A DNA stretch of 64,000 nt from Polyangiaceae bacterium (lineage in GTDB: Bacteria; Myxococcota_A; Polyangia; Polyangiales; Polyangiaceae): contig CBDCTZ010000009.1 in NCBI GenBank assembly GCA_965222375.1, positions 320,001 through 384,000 on the forward strand, written 5' to 3'. The notes under the pieces were generated by a model. The model made no database searches, was not told the DNA's origin, and saw only the letters and a list, made by a program, of their open reading frames with translations. The translations under genes and the position numbers were made by a program. Shown piece after piece: positions 51,196-61,293 of this stretch. Positions within the stretch are counted from its first letter, which is position 1; each line of letters starts with the position of its first letter.

Positions 51196-51786
51196 TCAGG
51201 CGGATAGGATTTCGCCTGTCGCGTTACCCTCCACCGCTGCAACGTAGAGCTTCGCGACCTCCATGGCGGGCATTCCCCCAGGGCCCCAACCGAACTTTTC
51301 CGCGGTCTCGCGGACGAGCGGCGGACTCACAGCGTTGATGCGCTGCCCATCGCGAAGCTGAAGAGCAGCCGAGCCGACGAAGCCATGTAGGCCAGCATTC
51401 ACCGCTGAGATGATCGTGCTGCCGGGGTGGGGTCGGCTGGCGAGGATCCCGCTGGTGAGGGTGAAGGAACCGCCTCCGCTCACTGTCCTGCGTCCGAAGC
51501 GTACCAGGTTGATCTGACCTTGCAGCTTGCTGCCGAGGCTGAGCGCGTAGTCAGCGTCGCTGAGTTCATCCAGAGTGCCGAAGGCCGCTTCGCCGGCGGC
51601 ACTGACTACGGCATCGATGCTGCCCACCTCGACAAAGAGCTTCTTGATGGACTCGGGATCTCCCAGATCCACCGTGTAGTCCCCTCGACTCTTGCCGACT
51701 CCAATCACCTGGTGGTTGGAAGCCAAGGCCTTTCCCACCGCACTGCCGATGGTTCCTCCTGCGCCAATCAATAGGATCTTCCTCAT
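51196..51786 (-). CDS. Short-chain dehydrogenase (short atypical SDR)
   Basis: LIGAGGTIG, SKLQGQINLV, RINAVSP. Confidence 0.92.
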   Translation of the reverse strand: MRKILLIGAGGTIGSAVGKALASNHQVIGVGKSRGDYTVDLGDPESIKKLFVEVGSIDAVVSAAGEAAFGTLDELSDADYALSLGSKLQGQINLVRFGRRTVSGGGSFTLTSGILASRPHPGSTIISAVNAGLHGFVGSAALQLRDGQRINAVSPPLVRETAEKFGWGPGGMPAMEVAKLYVAAVEGNATGEILSA

Positions 51787-51865
51787 CGTGGTCTCCTGCT
51801 TGGGTTCGGTTTCAATCTAGGTAGCGAAATGCATCAAGAAAACCCCGAATAAATTACTATTTATC

Positions 51866-51880
51866 ATCAAAATAGTTGAT
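51866..51880. promoter_or_regulatory. Putative LysR operator (T-N11-A)
   Basis: ATCAA-N5-TTGAT in the AT-rich divergent SDR/LysR spacer. Confidence 0.65.
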
Positions 51881-51890
51881 ATGTTGAGCC

Positions 51891-52850
51891 GTGGCAGACG
51901 AAGGATTCGGCGAAGCGTTGACCGTGGATCAACTGCGGGTGCTGGTGGCGGTTGTTGACACAGGCACCTTCTCCGCGGCGGCCCGACAGCTGGGGCGAGC
52001 CCAAGGCGCCATCAGCTACAACATCGCGCAGCTCGAAGCCCAGCTCGAGCTCGACTTGTTCGAGCGATCCGGGCGGCGGCGCAAACTGACTGCGGCGGGG
52101 TCGGCGGTCGTGGACCACGCGCGGGCCGTGCTGGCGGAGGTGGACCGACTTCGTGCCAACGCTCGTGGAATGGGCGAGGGGCTCGAGGCGCAGTTGACCG
52201 TCGCTGTCGATGCTCTGTTCCCCATGTCCGTCGTCATTGACCTCGTTCGCGGTTTTCGCGATGTCTACCCCGCGGTTCCTCTGTCGTTGCGCACGGGAGT
52301 ACTCGGAGAGGTGCTCGACGAGTTGGAATCCGGGGCCGCCAGCGTCGGGATATCCGGCCTTTCGACGATTCCGCGACAGTTCGCTCAGCGACCGATTGGA
52401 GAGATCGAACTCGTTCCGGTTGTGGGTCCGCGACATCCCTTGGCACAACGACCTGGGGTCATCAGCGATGCGGAACTCGCCCGGCACGTGCACATCGTGA
52501 TCCGGGATCGCTCCACGCGGCCCGTCGGCGAGGCGACTGGCGGGCTCGACTCCAGCCGGAACTGGAGTGTGGACGATTCTCATGCTCGCCACGCCCTCGT
52601 CCAAGCCGGTCTGGGTTGGTCACGGCTGCCGCTACACCAGATCCGCGCCGAGCTTTCGACCGGCGAACTCGTCGAAATCCGGCCTCGGCGCTGGGCGGGT
52701 CGCACCTTCGCGGCCGGGATGACTGCTCTGTACCGCAAGGGCGAGCCGCCCGGGCCCGCAGGCCGATGGTGGCTCGAGCAACTGGCAGCGACGGATCATG
52801 AAGATCTGTGCCTACGGACGCCAAAACGCTCCCGCCGCAAACCCCGCTGA
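51891..52850 (+). CDS. LysR-family regulator
   Basis: VVDTGTFSAAARQLGRAQGAISYNIAQLE...LFER. Confidence 0.95.
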   Translation: MADEGFGEALTVDQLRVLVAVVDTGTFSAAARQLGRAQGAISYNIAQLEAQLELDLFERSGRRRKLTAAGSAVVDHARAVLAEVDRLRANARGMGEGLEAQLTVAVDALFPMSVVIDLVRGFRDVYPAVPLSLRTGVLGEVLDELESGAASVGISGLSTIPRQFAQRPIGEIELVPVVGPRHPLAQRPGVISDAELARHVHIVIRDRSTRPVGEATGGLDSSRNWSVDDSHARHALVQAGLGWSRLPLHQIRAELSTGELVEIRPRRWAGRTFAAGMTALYRKGEPPGPAGRWWLEQLAATDHEDLCLRTPKRSRRKPR

Positions 52851-52881
52851 TGTTGGGCGGGGGTCCGTTCACCAGTTTGGG

Positions 52882-53373
52882 TCATCGGGCGGGCTCGTAG
52901 CGCATGAACACGTGCCGACCGAACACAGCCGGGATCCAACGCTCCACGGGCTGGCGGAAGACGAGCCAAAGCTTGTAGATCAGCAAGCTGAGCGGCAAGC
53001 GCCAGCGGGTCATCTTCCGGAAACCGAAGCGCGCGAAGTACTTGGGTTTCGCCGTACCAAGCCAAAGCAGCTCCACACCGTCCGCTGCGGCGACGTCCAC
53101 CAGATCCTCGAGCAGCGCGCTGCCGATGCCCTTTCCCTGTTGGTCCGGCGCGACGGCTACGCCGAGGATCTCGGCCCTGCCCCGGGCGCGCCGAATGAGC
53201 GCTGCGCTGCCAATCACTCTGTGTTGCGCGCAGACGACACGAAACGAGCCGATGTCGGCCCGGATTTGGGCCCTGGACTGCTGGAACAGGGACGGGTCGC
53301 CGCGATTGGCGCGCAGCAGGCGACGAATGGCTTCAACATCGGCCTCAGTGGCGGTTCGGATTGTCCAATTCAT
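52882..53373 (-). CDS. GNAT N-acetyltransferase
   Basis: VAVAPDQQGKGIGSALL, YFARFGF. Confidence 0.88.
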   Translation of the reverse strand: MNWTIRTATEADVEAIRRLLRANRGDPSLFQQSRAQIRADIGSFRVVCAQHRVIGSAALIRRARGRAEILGVAVAPDQQGKGIGSALLEDLVDVAAADGVELLWLGTAKPKYFARFGFRKMTRWRLPLSLLIYKLWLVFRQPVERWIPAVFGRHVFMRYEPAR

Positions 53374-53429
53374 GAGACCTAGAATGCGTCCCTTGCGCAT
53401 CCAGATCGACTCGCGGCACGCTTGCTTCC

Positions 53430-54035
53430 ATGGCGTCGAGGCGACGGACAGAACCCCGGAAAATCCCTCGACAATCTCGTTCGAAGGCGATGGTCGCGGC
53501 GATCGTCGAGGCGGCGACTCGCATTTTGGCGAGCTCCGGCTTCGAGGAGACCAACGTGAACCGCGTGGCGGAGCTGGCTGGTGTGAGTGTCGGCTCCCTC
53601 TACCAGTACTTTCCTTCGAAGGAAGCGCTCGTCGGCGCTGTCGCTCAGAAGCTCGGTGACGACACCGCGGCCCTGGTCGCCGAGCGAATGCAGGCGTTGC
53701 AGGGTCTGCCACCCCGGGAAGCGATTCGCGGTGCGATTCGCTGCGTGCTCGAGGCCTATCGTATCAACCCGGCGCTGAGGCGTGTCATTCGCGAGCAAGT
53801 CCCCGAGGCCGTGCCGCACTTTGCAACTGCAGAGACGGATGACTTCCTGCGAAGTAGCATTCTGGACTACCTGGAGACGCACCGTGCCTGCCTCCGCCCA
53901 GACAACCTCGAATTAGCGATGAGGATCGCCTTCACCAGCGTGGAGGCAGTCTCAGAGCAAACCACCGATGACGATGCGGAGGCGGTGCTCGTCGAATTGG
54001 CCGACATGCTCGAGCGCTACCTGTTGCAGGACTGA
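53430..54035 (+). CDS. TetR-family regulator
   Basis: PRQSRS, VAELAGVSVGSLYQYFPSKEAL. Confidence 0.95.
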   Translation: MASRRRTEPRKIPRQSRSKAMVAAIVEAATRILASSGFEETNVNRVAELAGVSVGSLYQYFPSKEALVGAVAQKLGDDTAALVAERMQALQGLPPREAIRGAIRCVLEAYRINPALRRVIREQVPEAVPHFATAETDDFLRSSILDYLETHRACLRPDNLELAMRIAFTSVEAVSEQTTDDDAEAVLVELADMLERYLLQD

Positions 54036-54056
54036 CTCGAACTCGGGGAACCGCGT

Positions 54057-54830
54057 CTACCAGTCGATCGGCTCGCCATCTCGGAAAAAACCTCCCGAAG
54101 CGCTGCCTGCGGCGGTCGCGGCCCAGAGGATGCTCTTGGCTCCTTCGGAGACGCTGCGATCGGCTCCTGCGCCGCCCATGTCCGTCTGCACCCAACCCGG
54201 GCATACGGCGTTGACGGAAACGGACCTCTGCGCCAACTCCTTCGACAAGATGCGCGTGAACGCGTTCATACCGACTTTGGAGACGCGATAGGCCGAGCTG
54301 GGCCAACCCTTGGACGCGTGCTCACCGCTTTGGACGTCCGAGATGAACTCTGTCATCAGTTGTTCCAAACGATCTCGAGACAGCCCAGGGTCTTCGAAGG
54401 CTCGCCGCCTTTGTGTAGACAAACAAGACAGCTGCCCCATGCCGCTGGAAACCATCACCACGGTAGCGTCGGGCGCAAGCAGGGGCCCCAGGGCATCGCT
54501 GACCGCGACGGTACCGAAGAAGTTGATGTCGAGCGTATCTTTCGCGACGCCTGCGTCGAAACCGTTCAGTGCGACGCCAGCGTTGTTGACCAAGAGGTCG
54601 AGACGGCCATAGCGCTGGCGTATCGTGTCCACGGCCTGCGCTAGACTCGCCTTGGCCGTGACGTCGAGCTGCAGGTGCTCGACGCCGAGTTCGTTTGCCC
54701 CCCGGTCTGCAGCAGCCTCGTCTCGAGCGGTCAACACCACTCGATAGCCGCGGGCGGCTAGTTGACTGCAGGTCTCGAAGCCCAACCCGCGATTGGCGCC
54801 AGTCACCAATCCGATGCGATCTTCCACCAT
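54057..54830 (-). CDS. SDR, carbonyl-reductase-like
   Basis: VTGANRGLG, LVNNAGV, YRVSK, CPGWVQTDMGG. Confidence 0.93.
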   Translation of the reverse strand: MVEDRIGLVTGANRGLGFETCSQLAARGYRVVLTARDEAAADRGANELGVEHLQLDVTAKASLAQAVDTIRQRYGRLDLLVNNAGVALNGFDAGVAKDTLDINFFGTVAVSDALGPLLAPDATVVMVSSGMGQLSCLSTQRRRAFEDPGLSRDRLEQLMTEFISDVQSGEHASKGWPSSAYRVSKVGMNAFTRILSKELAQRSVSVNAVCPGWVQTDMGGAGADRSVSEGAKSILWAATAAGSASGGFFRDGEPIDW

Positions 54831-55016
54831 CTTCGGCCAATATCGAGGTTTGCGGGGTGCAAGGGTGAAATTGCTCGTCGCCCGAACGGTTCCTCTCGAC
54901 GGCTACGCCACGTACTTTTTGTTGAATCGGCACGCAAGCATGGCGGGTCGCCGCGGGATGTGCACCCGGGCGCGACAGGGCTTCCAGACGAGCCCGCGGC
55001 GCCGCCCGACGAACTA

Positions 55017-55070
55017 CCCGACGCGCCCGACGCGCCCGACGCGCCCGACGCGCCCGACGTGCCTGACGTG
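55017..55070. repeat. 9-bp tandem repeat (CCCGACGCG x4 plus 2 imperfect copies)
   Basis: Read directly; encodes a Gly/Ala/Ser tripeptide repeat on the minus strand. Confidence 0.9.
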
Positions 55071-55362
55071 CTCGCGTCGGTGCTGGAGCCACTCCCCCCG
55101 GTGCCGCCCGAGACCGCACCTCCGCTGGCGCTGAGGGATCCCCGCATTTATATGGCCATTCGACTGAGAGTCTGAAGGCCGGCAACGATGTCTCCTAACG
55201 CTGCCTTCAGGACGGTGGTCGAGAGCTTCGGGTGGAGACGCTGCTTCATCGCAAGCTTGCCCAGGAAGAAGGTTGAGAAAACGCTCCGGCGCCACCCCAT
55301 TTGTGTGTCCTGAGCTCGATGCAGTGGTTCATCCATGAAAATTCAGGGATTTTGAACGATGG

Positions 55363-55393
55363 TTGACATGTTCCAAAGTTAGACTTAGTCTAA
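55363..55393 (+). promoter_or_regulatory. Promoter (TTGACA-17-TAGTCT) overlapped by a perfect 7-1-7 operator TTAGACT-T-AGTCTAA
   Basis: -35 at 55363-55368, -10 at 55386-55391, palindrome at 55379-55393. Confidence 0.8.
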
Positions 55394-55398
55394 ATTTG

Positions 55399-55806
55399 GT
55401 GACGGACGAGGCCAGCTTGCTTTCGGATCATGGGATCCAACCTTCGGCTCAGCGGGTCGCCGTGGCGCAATACGTGTTGCATACCAAGGACCATCCGTCG
55501 GCGGACGAAGTGTGGAAGCGGGTCAAGAAGCGCTTCCCGATGGTGTCGCGCGCGACGGTGTACAACACCCTCAACTTATTCGTCGAAAAGGGCCTGCTTC
55601 GCCAATTCGTTCTGACTGAGGGGCGCGTGGTGTTTGATCCCCACGTGGCTGATCATCACCACTTTGTCGACGAGGACAGCGAAGAGATCTTCGATATTCC
55701 CTGGGACGCTCTGGACGTGTCCCGAATAGAGAAACTCAAAGGCTTCGACGTGCGCGAGTACCAAGTCGTGCTGCGAGGCAAGAAGAAGGTTCGTGGCTCC
55801 GCCTAG
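55399..55806 (+). CDS. Fur/PerR-family regulator lacking the CxxC Zn site
   Basis: HPSADEV, SRATVYNTL, HHHFVD; directly upstream of catalase. Confidence 0.92.
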   Translation: MTDEASLLSDHGIQPSAQRVAVAQYVLHTKDHPSADEVWKRVKKRFPMVSRATVYNTLNLFVEKGLLRQFVLTEGRVVFDPHVADHHHFVDEDSEEIFDIPWDALDVSRIEKLKGFDVREYQVVLRGKKKVRGSA

Positions 55807-55833
55807 GCGGTGCCTTTTTTATTTGGCCGTAAG

Positions 55834-55865
55834 TTAGACAAAGTCTAAAAATAGACATTGTATAA
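55834..55865. promoter_or_regulatory. Two tandem PerR-like boxes upstream of catalase
   Basis: TTAGACA-A-AGTCTAA (55834-55848) and ATAGACA-T-TGTATAA (55851-55865). Confidence 0.78.
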
Positions 55866-55879
55866 AAAGAGAGAAGAAA

Positions 55880-57340
55880 ATGAGCAAGCGACCCAATCTG
55901 ACCACTGCCAACGGCGCTCCGATTGCTGACAACCAGAACAGCCTGACGGCCGGGCCCCGGGGGCCGCTCTTGGCGCAGGACTGGCAGCTATTCGAGAAAC
56001 ACGCCCACTTCAATCGAGAACGCATCGCCGAACGGGTCGTGCATGCCAAGGGCTCCGCTGCCTATGGCAGCTTGACCGTGACGAAGGACATCACGAAGTA
56101 CACCAGCGCCAAGCTCTTTTCCGAAGTGGGAAAGAAGACGCGGTGCCTGCTGCGCTTCTCCACTGTTGCTGGAGAGCGCGGTGCGGCGGATGCCGAGCGC
56201 GACGTGCGCGGCTTTGCCTTGAAGTTCTACACGGAAGAGGGCAACTGGGACTTGGTGGGCAACAACACGCCAGTGTTCTTCATTCGGGACCCCTACAAGT
56301 TCCCGGATTTCGTCCACACCCAGAAGCGCGATCCTAGGACGAATCTTCGCAACCCCACGGCGATGTGGGACTTTTGGTCCCAGTCGCCGGAGAGCCTGCA
56401 CCAGATCACGATTCTGTTTTCGGATCGCGGTCTGCCGCGGAGCTACCGCCACATCAACGGCTATGGTTCCCACACCTTCAGCTTCATCAGTTCGGAGGGC
56501 GAGCGATTCTGGGTGAAGTTCCACTTCAAGACCCAGCAAGGCATCGAGTGTCTGACCGAAAAGCAGGTGGCCGAGCTGATAGGCGCGGATCGGGAGAGCC
56601 ACCAACGCGATCTGTATGAAGCCCTGGAACGTGGGGAGTTCCCGAAATGGACGATGTGCGTGCAGATCATGCCGGAGAAAGACGCTGACCGTACGCGCTA
56701 CAACCCCTTCGATCTGACGAAGGTGTGGCCCCACGCGGACTATCCATTGATCGAAGTGGGCGTTCTCGAGCTCAACGAAAACCCCGAGAACTACCACGCT
56801 GAAGTCGAGCAGGCGGCGTTTTCACCCGGGAACGTGGTGCCCGGGATCTCCCACAGCCCCGACAAGATGCTCCAGTTTCGAATTGTCTCCTACGCAGACG
56901 CGCAACGTTATCGCCTCGGCGTTAATCACGAATCCCTGCCTGTGAACAGGCCGCGCTGCCCGATGCACAACTACTATCGAGACGGTGCGATGCGTTTTGA
57001 CGGAAATGGCGGTAGCAGTGTCAACTATGAGCCCAATACTCAGGGCGGTCCCGAGCAAGTGCCCGAGGCGAAGGAGCCAGCCTTGCGGATCCAGGGACCT
57101 GTGGTCGATCGCTTCGACCATCGCGAGGGCAATGACGACTATGGTCAAGCCGGCGCGCTGTATCGGCTCATGAGTGCTGGGGAGCGGGAGCGGCTGACGA
57201 AGAACATCGCCGATGCGATGAGATCTGTGCCCCGCGAGATCCAGCAGCGGCAGTTGTGTCACTTTTTCCAGGCGGACGCCGAATACGGCCGAGCGGTGGC
57301 ACGGAATCTGGGGCTGCCTATCGATCCGCCAAAACGATAG
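55880..57340 (+). CDS. katA: Monofunctional heme catalase, small subunit
   Basis: [38 protein letters not shown]. Confidence 0.97.
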   Translation: MSKRPNLTTANGAPIADNQNSLTAGPRGPLLAQDWQLFEKHAHFNRERIAERVVHAKGSAAYGSLTVTKDITKYTSAKLFSEVGKKTRCLLRFSTVAGERGAADAERDVRGFALKFYTEEGNWDLVGNNTPVFFIRDPYKFPDFVHTQKRDPRTNLRNPTAMWDFWSQSPESLHQITILFSDRGLPRSYRHINGYGSHTFSFISSEGERFWVKFHFKTQQGIECLTEKQVAELIGADRESHQRDLYEALERGEFPKWTMCVQIMPEKDADRTRYNPFDLTKVWPHADYPLIEVGVLELNENPENYHAEVEQAAFSPGNVVPGISHSPDKMLQFRIVSYADAQRYRLGVNHESLPVNRPRCPMHNYYRDGAMRFDGNGGSSVNYEPNTQGGPEQVPEAKEPALRIQGPVVDRFDHREGNDDYGQAGALYRLMSAGERERLTKNIADAMRSVPREIQQRQLCHFFQADAEYGRAVARNLGLPIDPPKR

Positions 57341-57471
57341 ACAGGACTCGGCCTGAGCCACATTGCGTGGCTCAGGCTACTCAGCTCTAGAATGCCGACT
57401 TCGCGGAGGAAGTCGGCCCGTTGAGCGGCAGCCGAGGGTTGTCGCGGGTTGAGTTCGCCCGTGGAGAAGAC

Positions 57472-58137
57472 ATGCACAACGAACATTGGCTGATCATTGG
57501 TGCTCTAGCGACCATGACGGCGCTGGGCTGCAGCTCCAGCGACGACGGTAGCTCTCCGGGGGGCGGTGGAGGCACCGCCGTTGGTGGGACGAGTGGCGGC
57601 GGCGGCACCGGAGCAACTGGCGGCACCGCATCCGGCGGCTCAGGAGCGAGCGGCGGCGCGTCGAGCGGCGGTGCTTCGTCAGGTGGTTCGGGAAACTCGG
57701 GAAGCATGGCCGACGAGATGCTCGCGGCGCACAACGAGGCTCGCGCCAATGTCAGCCCTCCCGCTACCCCACCCATGCCGCCGCTCACTTGGTCCCAGCA
57801 GGTGGCGGACACGGCGCAGGCCCACTCCAACAAGTGCAAGTTCCAGCACTCGAGCAACAACCCCTACGGCGAGAACATCTTTGCCACCAGCGGCACGGCA
57901 ACGCCAACTAGCGTAGTCGAGTCCTGGGTCAGCGAAGTGAAGGACTACAACTACGGAAGCAACTCCTGCAGCAAGGTTTGCGGCCACTACACTCAGGTGG
58001 TGTGGGCCAAGACCACGCAGCTCGGTTGCGCCGTTGCGAAGTGCACCAAGAACTCGCCGCTGGGAGGCGGCGCCTGGGAGTTCTGGGTCTGCAACTACGA
58101 CCCGCCGGGCAACTACAGCGGCCAGAAGCCGTACTGA
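57472..58137 (+). CDS. CAP/SCP (PR-1-like) domain lipoprotein
   Basis: Lipobox ALGC, Gly linker, HNEAR, GENI, GHYTQVVW, VCNYDPPGN. Confidence 0.93.
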   Translation: MHNEHWLIIGALATMTALGCSSSDDGSSPGGGGGTAVGGTSGGGGTGATGGTASGGSGASGGASSGGASSGGSGNSGSMADEMLAAHNEARANVSPPATPPMPPLTWSQQVADTAQAHSNKCKFQHSSNNPYGENIFATSGTATPTSVVESWVSEVKDYNYGSNSCSKVCGHYTQVVWAKTTQLGCAVAKCTKNSPLGGGAWEFWVCNYDPPGNYSGQKPY

Positions 58138-58280
58138 ACGCCTTCGCCCCGAGGCCTCGAACTCAGCGTCCTGGCGCCTCCGTCCTAGAAGTCTCCGAGG
58201 TCGTTACGGGATCGCAGTCGCCGGGCATTGCCATTTCGGGCCCTCGACTTATAAGCCAGGGATGCGGGCGGAGGTTCGAG

Positions 58281-58940
58281 ATGGCGGCTGACGACAAGAA
58301 TCGCTTCAAATACGATGGCAAGAAGGAAGACGTGTATTGGGATCGCCGGCTGTGCATTCACATCGGAGAATGCGGCCGGGCGGAGGGAGAGTTGTTCGTT
58401 GGCGGCCGCAAGCCCTGGTGCCAACCGGATCTCGTGGATACCAAAGACGTCGCCGAAGTCTGTGAGCGTTGCCCGACGGGCGCGCTGACCTACGACACCC
58501 GTGGTGCCGCGCCGAGTGAACAGCCTGCACCGGAAAACACGCTGACGGTGGCCAACCACGGACCGCTTTACGTTCGAGGGGATTTGGAGATCGATGGCGC
58601 GCCGGACGACATGGATGGTGTACGTTTTCGGGCGGCGCTGTGTCGCTGCGGGGCGTCGAAGAACAAACCTTTTTGCGACAATAGCCATGAGAAGTCCGGC
58701 TTCAAAGACTACGGAGCGGTCGGGTCGAAGGGCGAGGCTCTGGAAGCGACGGGCGGTCCGCTAAGCATCAAGCGTGTTCCCAACGGCCCACTGTTGGTCA
58801 ATGGCAACCTGGCGATCTGGTCTGCGAGCGGTCGCAGGGCCTGGACCGGAACCAAGGCTGCGCTTTGCCGCTGCGGACAATCCAAGAACAAACCCTTCTG
58901 CGATGGTGCTCACAAGGCGGCGGGCTTCACCGCGGACTGA
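58281..58940 (+). CDS. Divergent Fe-S (Fer4_19-like) domain plus two CDGSH 2Fe-2S domains
   Basis: CIHIGEC...CPTGAL; LCRCGASKNKPFCDNSH; LCRCGQSKNKPFCDGAH. Confidence 0.92.
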   Translation: MAADDKNRFKYDGKKEDVYWDRRLCIHIGECGRAEGELFVGGRKPWCQPDLVDTKDVAEVCERCPTGALTYDTRGAAPSEQPAPENTLTVANHGPLYVRGDLEIDGAPDDMDGVRFRAALCRCGASKNKPFCDNSHEKSGFKDYGAVGSKGEALEATGGPLSIKRVPNGPLLVNGNLAIWSASGRRAWTGTKAALCRCGQSKNKPFCDGAHKAAGFTAD

Positions 58941-58958
58941 CGAGCGCCTCGTCCGAGC

Positions 58959-60650
58959 TCAGCCGGCTTTGTGTTCAATCTCCGGCGGCGCTAGAAAAAA
59001 GCCGTTCTTGTCCGGCGCGTTGTAGCGGTCGTAGTCGATGGCGAGGGGCGTGATCTTGGACTTGCCGTCCTTGAAGTTCACGGTCATGGCCATGGGCTTG
59101 ACGTCGCGGTAGCTGCTGTCTGCGGGCAGGTCGTCGTTGGTGGCGCCACCGGCGGAAAACAGCGTGATCAGTAGCTGATGCTCGTCGTCGTAAATGCGCC
59201 GAAAGCCCTCTTCGACTTTTTCGTGACCACGGACCAGCGTGTGGCAGCCGATGCGTTGTAGGAAGGCTTGGCATTGAAGGCGCCCGAAGGGGAAACGAGC
59301 AGATTGCTTTTGTAGCGAGGCTGGGATCACGTCGGCGCTTGAAGGGTCGCTCCACATCATTTCGAAGCGAATGTCCCAGTCGTTTAGGCTGGAGAGATCC
59401 TGGTACTTTTCTTTCATGGTGAGATCTCGCGGGATCCCGCCATGCACGAACATGAAGCGCTCGAAGAACAGCATGTTCGGCATGGAGTCGAACAGCTTCA
59501 TGTAGTGGGCGAAGACATCGTGGGAGAGATGAGGCTTGAGGGTGTTCATGGCCTCGCTCGGCCGCACCGCGCCATAGACTTTGCCCTCATGCTCCACGTA
59601 GTACTCGTGGTTGCCGCGTAACAGGTAGACGTGATCCGGTGCCGTGACGAAGAGCTGCATGACAGAGCGAAGAACGCCCTGATAGCTGAACATGCCGCGA
59701 TCGATGTAGTCCCCCAGCAGCACTAGCTTGGGGTTTGGATTGGCCGCTGGGTTCTCGTGGTACTTGCGGACCTTTTCGAAGAAGTCCGTTTGCATCAGCA
59801 CGGCCTTGAGGCAGCTGTAGCAACCATGCAGATCTCCCAGCACGATGAGCTCGTACTCTTCGCCGGGCCGGGTGGGGCAGACATAGACGTGTCCGTCGAG
59901 AAAGGGCTCTCGGCCGGCGAAATCGAGGACGCTCTGCGCTCCCGCTAGCTTCTGCTGGGCCTGCGCCCGCTGGGCATCCAGGGTGGCCATCACCTTGTCC
60001 ATCAGATCGGCGTCGGCTTTGACCTGTTTCATCAGGAGTTTGGGGTTGGCGGTGTAGTTATGTTCGAACTGGTTGAAGAAGGGGTGGTTTTCCGTAGCCG
60101 GCACGGGAGCCGCGTGCTCTTGGATCGACACGGGCGGCTTCTGGCCATCGTCGTCGATGAGCTGAACCCCCAAGTCCTCCTCCAAGAGATCTGCGAGCTC
60201 TCCGCGCAGCTTGGCTTCAGCGGGGTGTACCTGGCCATCGGCGTGAATCAGCTCGTCGATGGTATCCATCAACTGCTCTTGGTCTTTCGTGCCGAAGCTG
60301 TTGAAGATCTCGAAGCAGCGCAGCTTGAGCTTGGCGTGTACGAAGTCGTCCTGGTTTTCTCCCTCGGCAACGGCTTCGTCGAAGAGTTCCTGAACTTGGT
60401 GTTTGATGCTTTCGAAGACTTCGTGGAAGTGCGTAACGAACTTCACCGTCAACTCCTGGCGAAGCTGGGTCTCGCTCAGGTCGATGGCGCCGTCGACTCG
60501 GTGTTTCACCAAATTGGCAACATAGGTTTTGACGAAGGCTTGTTCGCTTGCGTCGAAGTCACCGTCGATGTGCCCGAAAGTGGTCAGATAGAAGATGATC
60601 GCCTGCATTTGGCGATCCGCGGTCGGGCCGTCGTCGCTGAAGGTGAGCAT
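58959..60650 (-). CDS. TerB-like domain fused to a PPP-family Ser/Thr protein phosphatase
   Basis: HIDGDFDASE and HADGQVHPAE (TerB-like); GDLHG, GDYIDRG, RGNHE, HGGI, WSDP, RGHE, TLFSA. Confidence 0.88.
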   Translation of the reverse strand: MLTFSDDGPTADRQMQAIIFYLTTFGHIDGDFDASEQAFVKTYVANLVKHRVDGAIDLSETQLRQELTVKFVTHFHEVFESIKHQVQELFDEAVAEGENQDDFVHAKLKLRCFEIFNSFGTKDQEQLMDTIDELIHADGQVHPAEAKLRGELADLLEEDLGVQLIDDDGQKPPVSIQEHAAPVPATENHPFFNQFEHNYTANPKLLMKQVKADADLMDKVMATLDAQRAQAQQKLAGAQSVLDFAGREPFLDGHVYVCPTRPGEEYELIVLGDLHGCYSCLKAVLMQTDFFEKVRKYHENPAANPNPKLVLLGDYIDRGMFSYQGVLRSVMQLFVTAPDHVYLLRGNHEYYVEHEGKVYGAVRPSEAMNTLKPHLSHDVFAHYMKLFDSMPNMLFFERFMFVHGGIPRDLTMKEKYQDLSSLNDWDIRFEMMWSDPSSADVIPASLQKQSARFPFGRLQCQAFLQRIGCHTLVRGHEKVEEGFRRIYDDEHQLLITLFSAGGATNDDLPADSSYRDVKPMAMTVNFKDGKSKITPLAIDYDRYNAPDKNGFFLAPPEIEHKAG

Positions 60651-60750
60651 GGGCGGCGAGGGTAAACGGGCGCGCGGCTGTCGCCAAGGGGTGGGCAGTC
60701 GGCACGCGATGTGGATGGTGGCGTGGCAGAAAGACGCTCAGTTGTCGGGC

Positions 60751-61293
60751 TCAGTTCCAGCGAACGGGGCGATAGCTGAGCTGCACCATGCCTTCGGGCA
60801 GACGCTTGGTGTCCTGGAGCTCTAGCTGGGTGTGGTGCGCCACACCGGCGAAGAGTGGGATGCCCTTGCCCAAGATGGTGGGAACGATGGTCACGATGAC
60901 TTCGTCGACGAGTTCCGCGTCGATGGCCTGCCGGATCAGATCGCCGCCGTCGAGATAGACGTCGCGATCCCCAGCGGCCTCGATGGCTTGCTCGACCAGC
61001 TGCTGAATGGTTCCAGACACCGCGCGAACGGTTGGGCGCGAGGATTCGAGCGGCCGCCTCGTCGCGACGAGCACCGGACGATCTGCGTATATCCAGGCGT
61101 CGCCCATGCCTTGGACGACGTCGAAGGTGCGACGCCCCATTAGCAGGGCGCCGACATCGGCGAAGAAGGTCTCGAAGCTGTCATCCCCTGTGGAGGCTTC
61201 GGAGGGTTGGGGCAACCAGGATAGATCGTCATCCGGCCCCGCGATGAAACCATCCAAGGAGCAAGCAATGAAAACTCGGACCAGGCTGGGCAT
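60751..61293 (-). CDS. Dihydrofolate reductase / RibD C-terminal domain protein
   Basis: IACSLDGFIAG, LMGRRTF, YLDGG, PTILGKGIPLF. Confidence 0.92.
   Translation of the reverse strand: MPSLVRVFIACSLDGFIAGPDDDLSWLPQPSEASTGDDSFETFFADVGALLMGRRTFDVVQGMGDAWIYADRPVLVATRRPLESSRPTVRAVSGTIQQLVEQAIEAAGDRDVYLDGGDLIRQAIDAELVDEVIVTIVPTILGKGIPLFAGVAHHTQLELQDTKRLPEGMVQLSYRPVRWN

Noticed and set aside
55148..55336. 62-aa minus-strand ORF upstream of the PerR-like promoter
   Set aside because: No recognisable family or clear RBS; may be a fragment.
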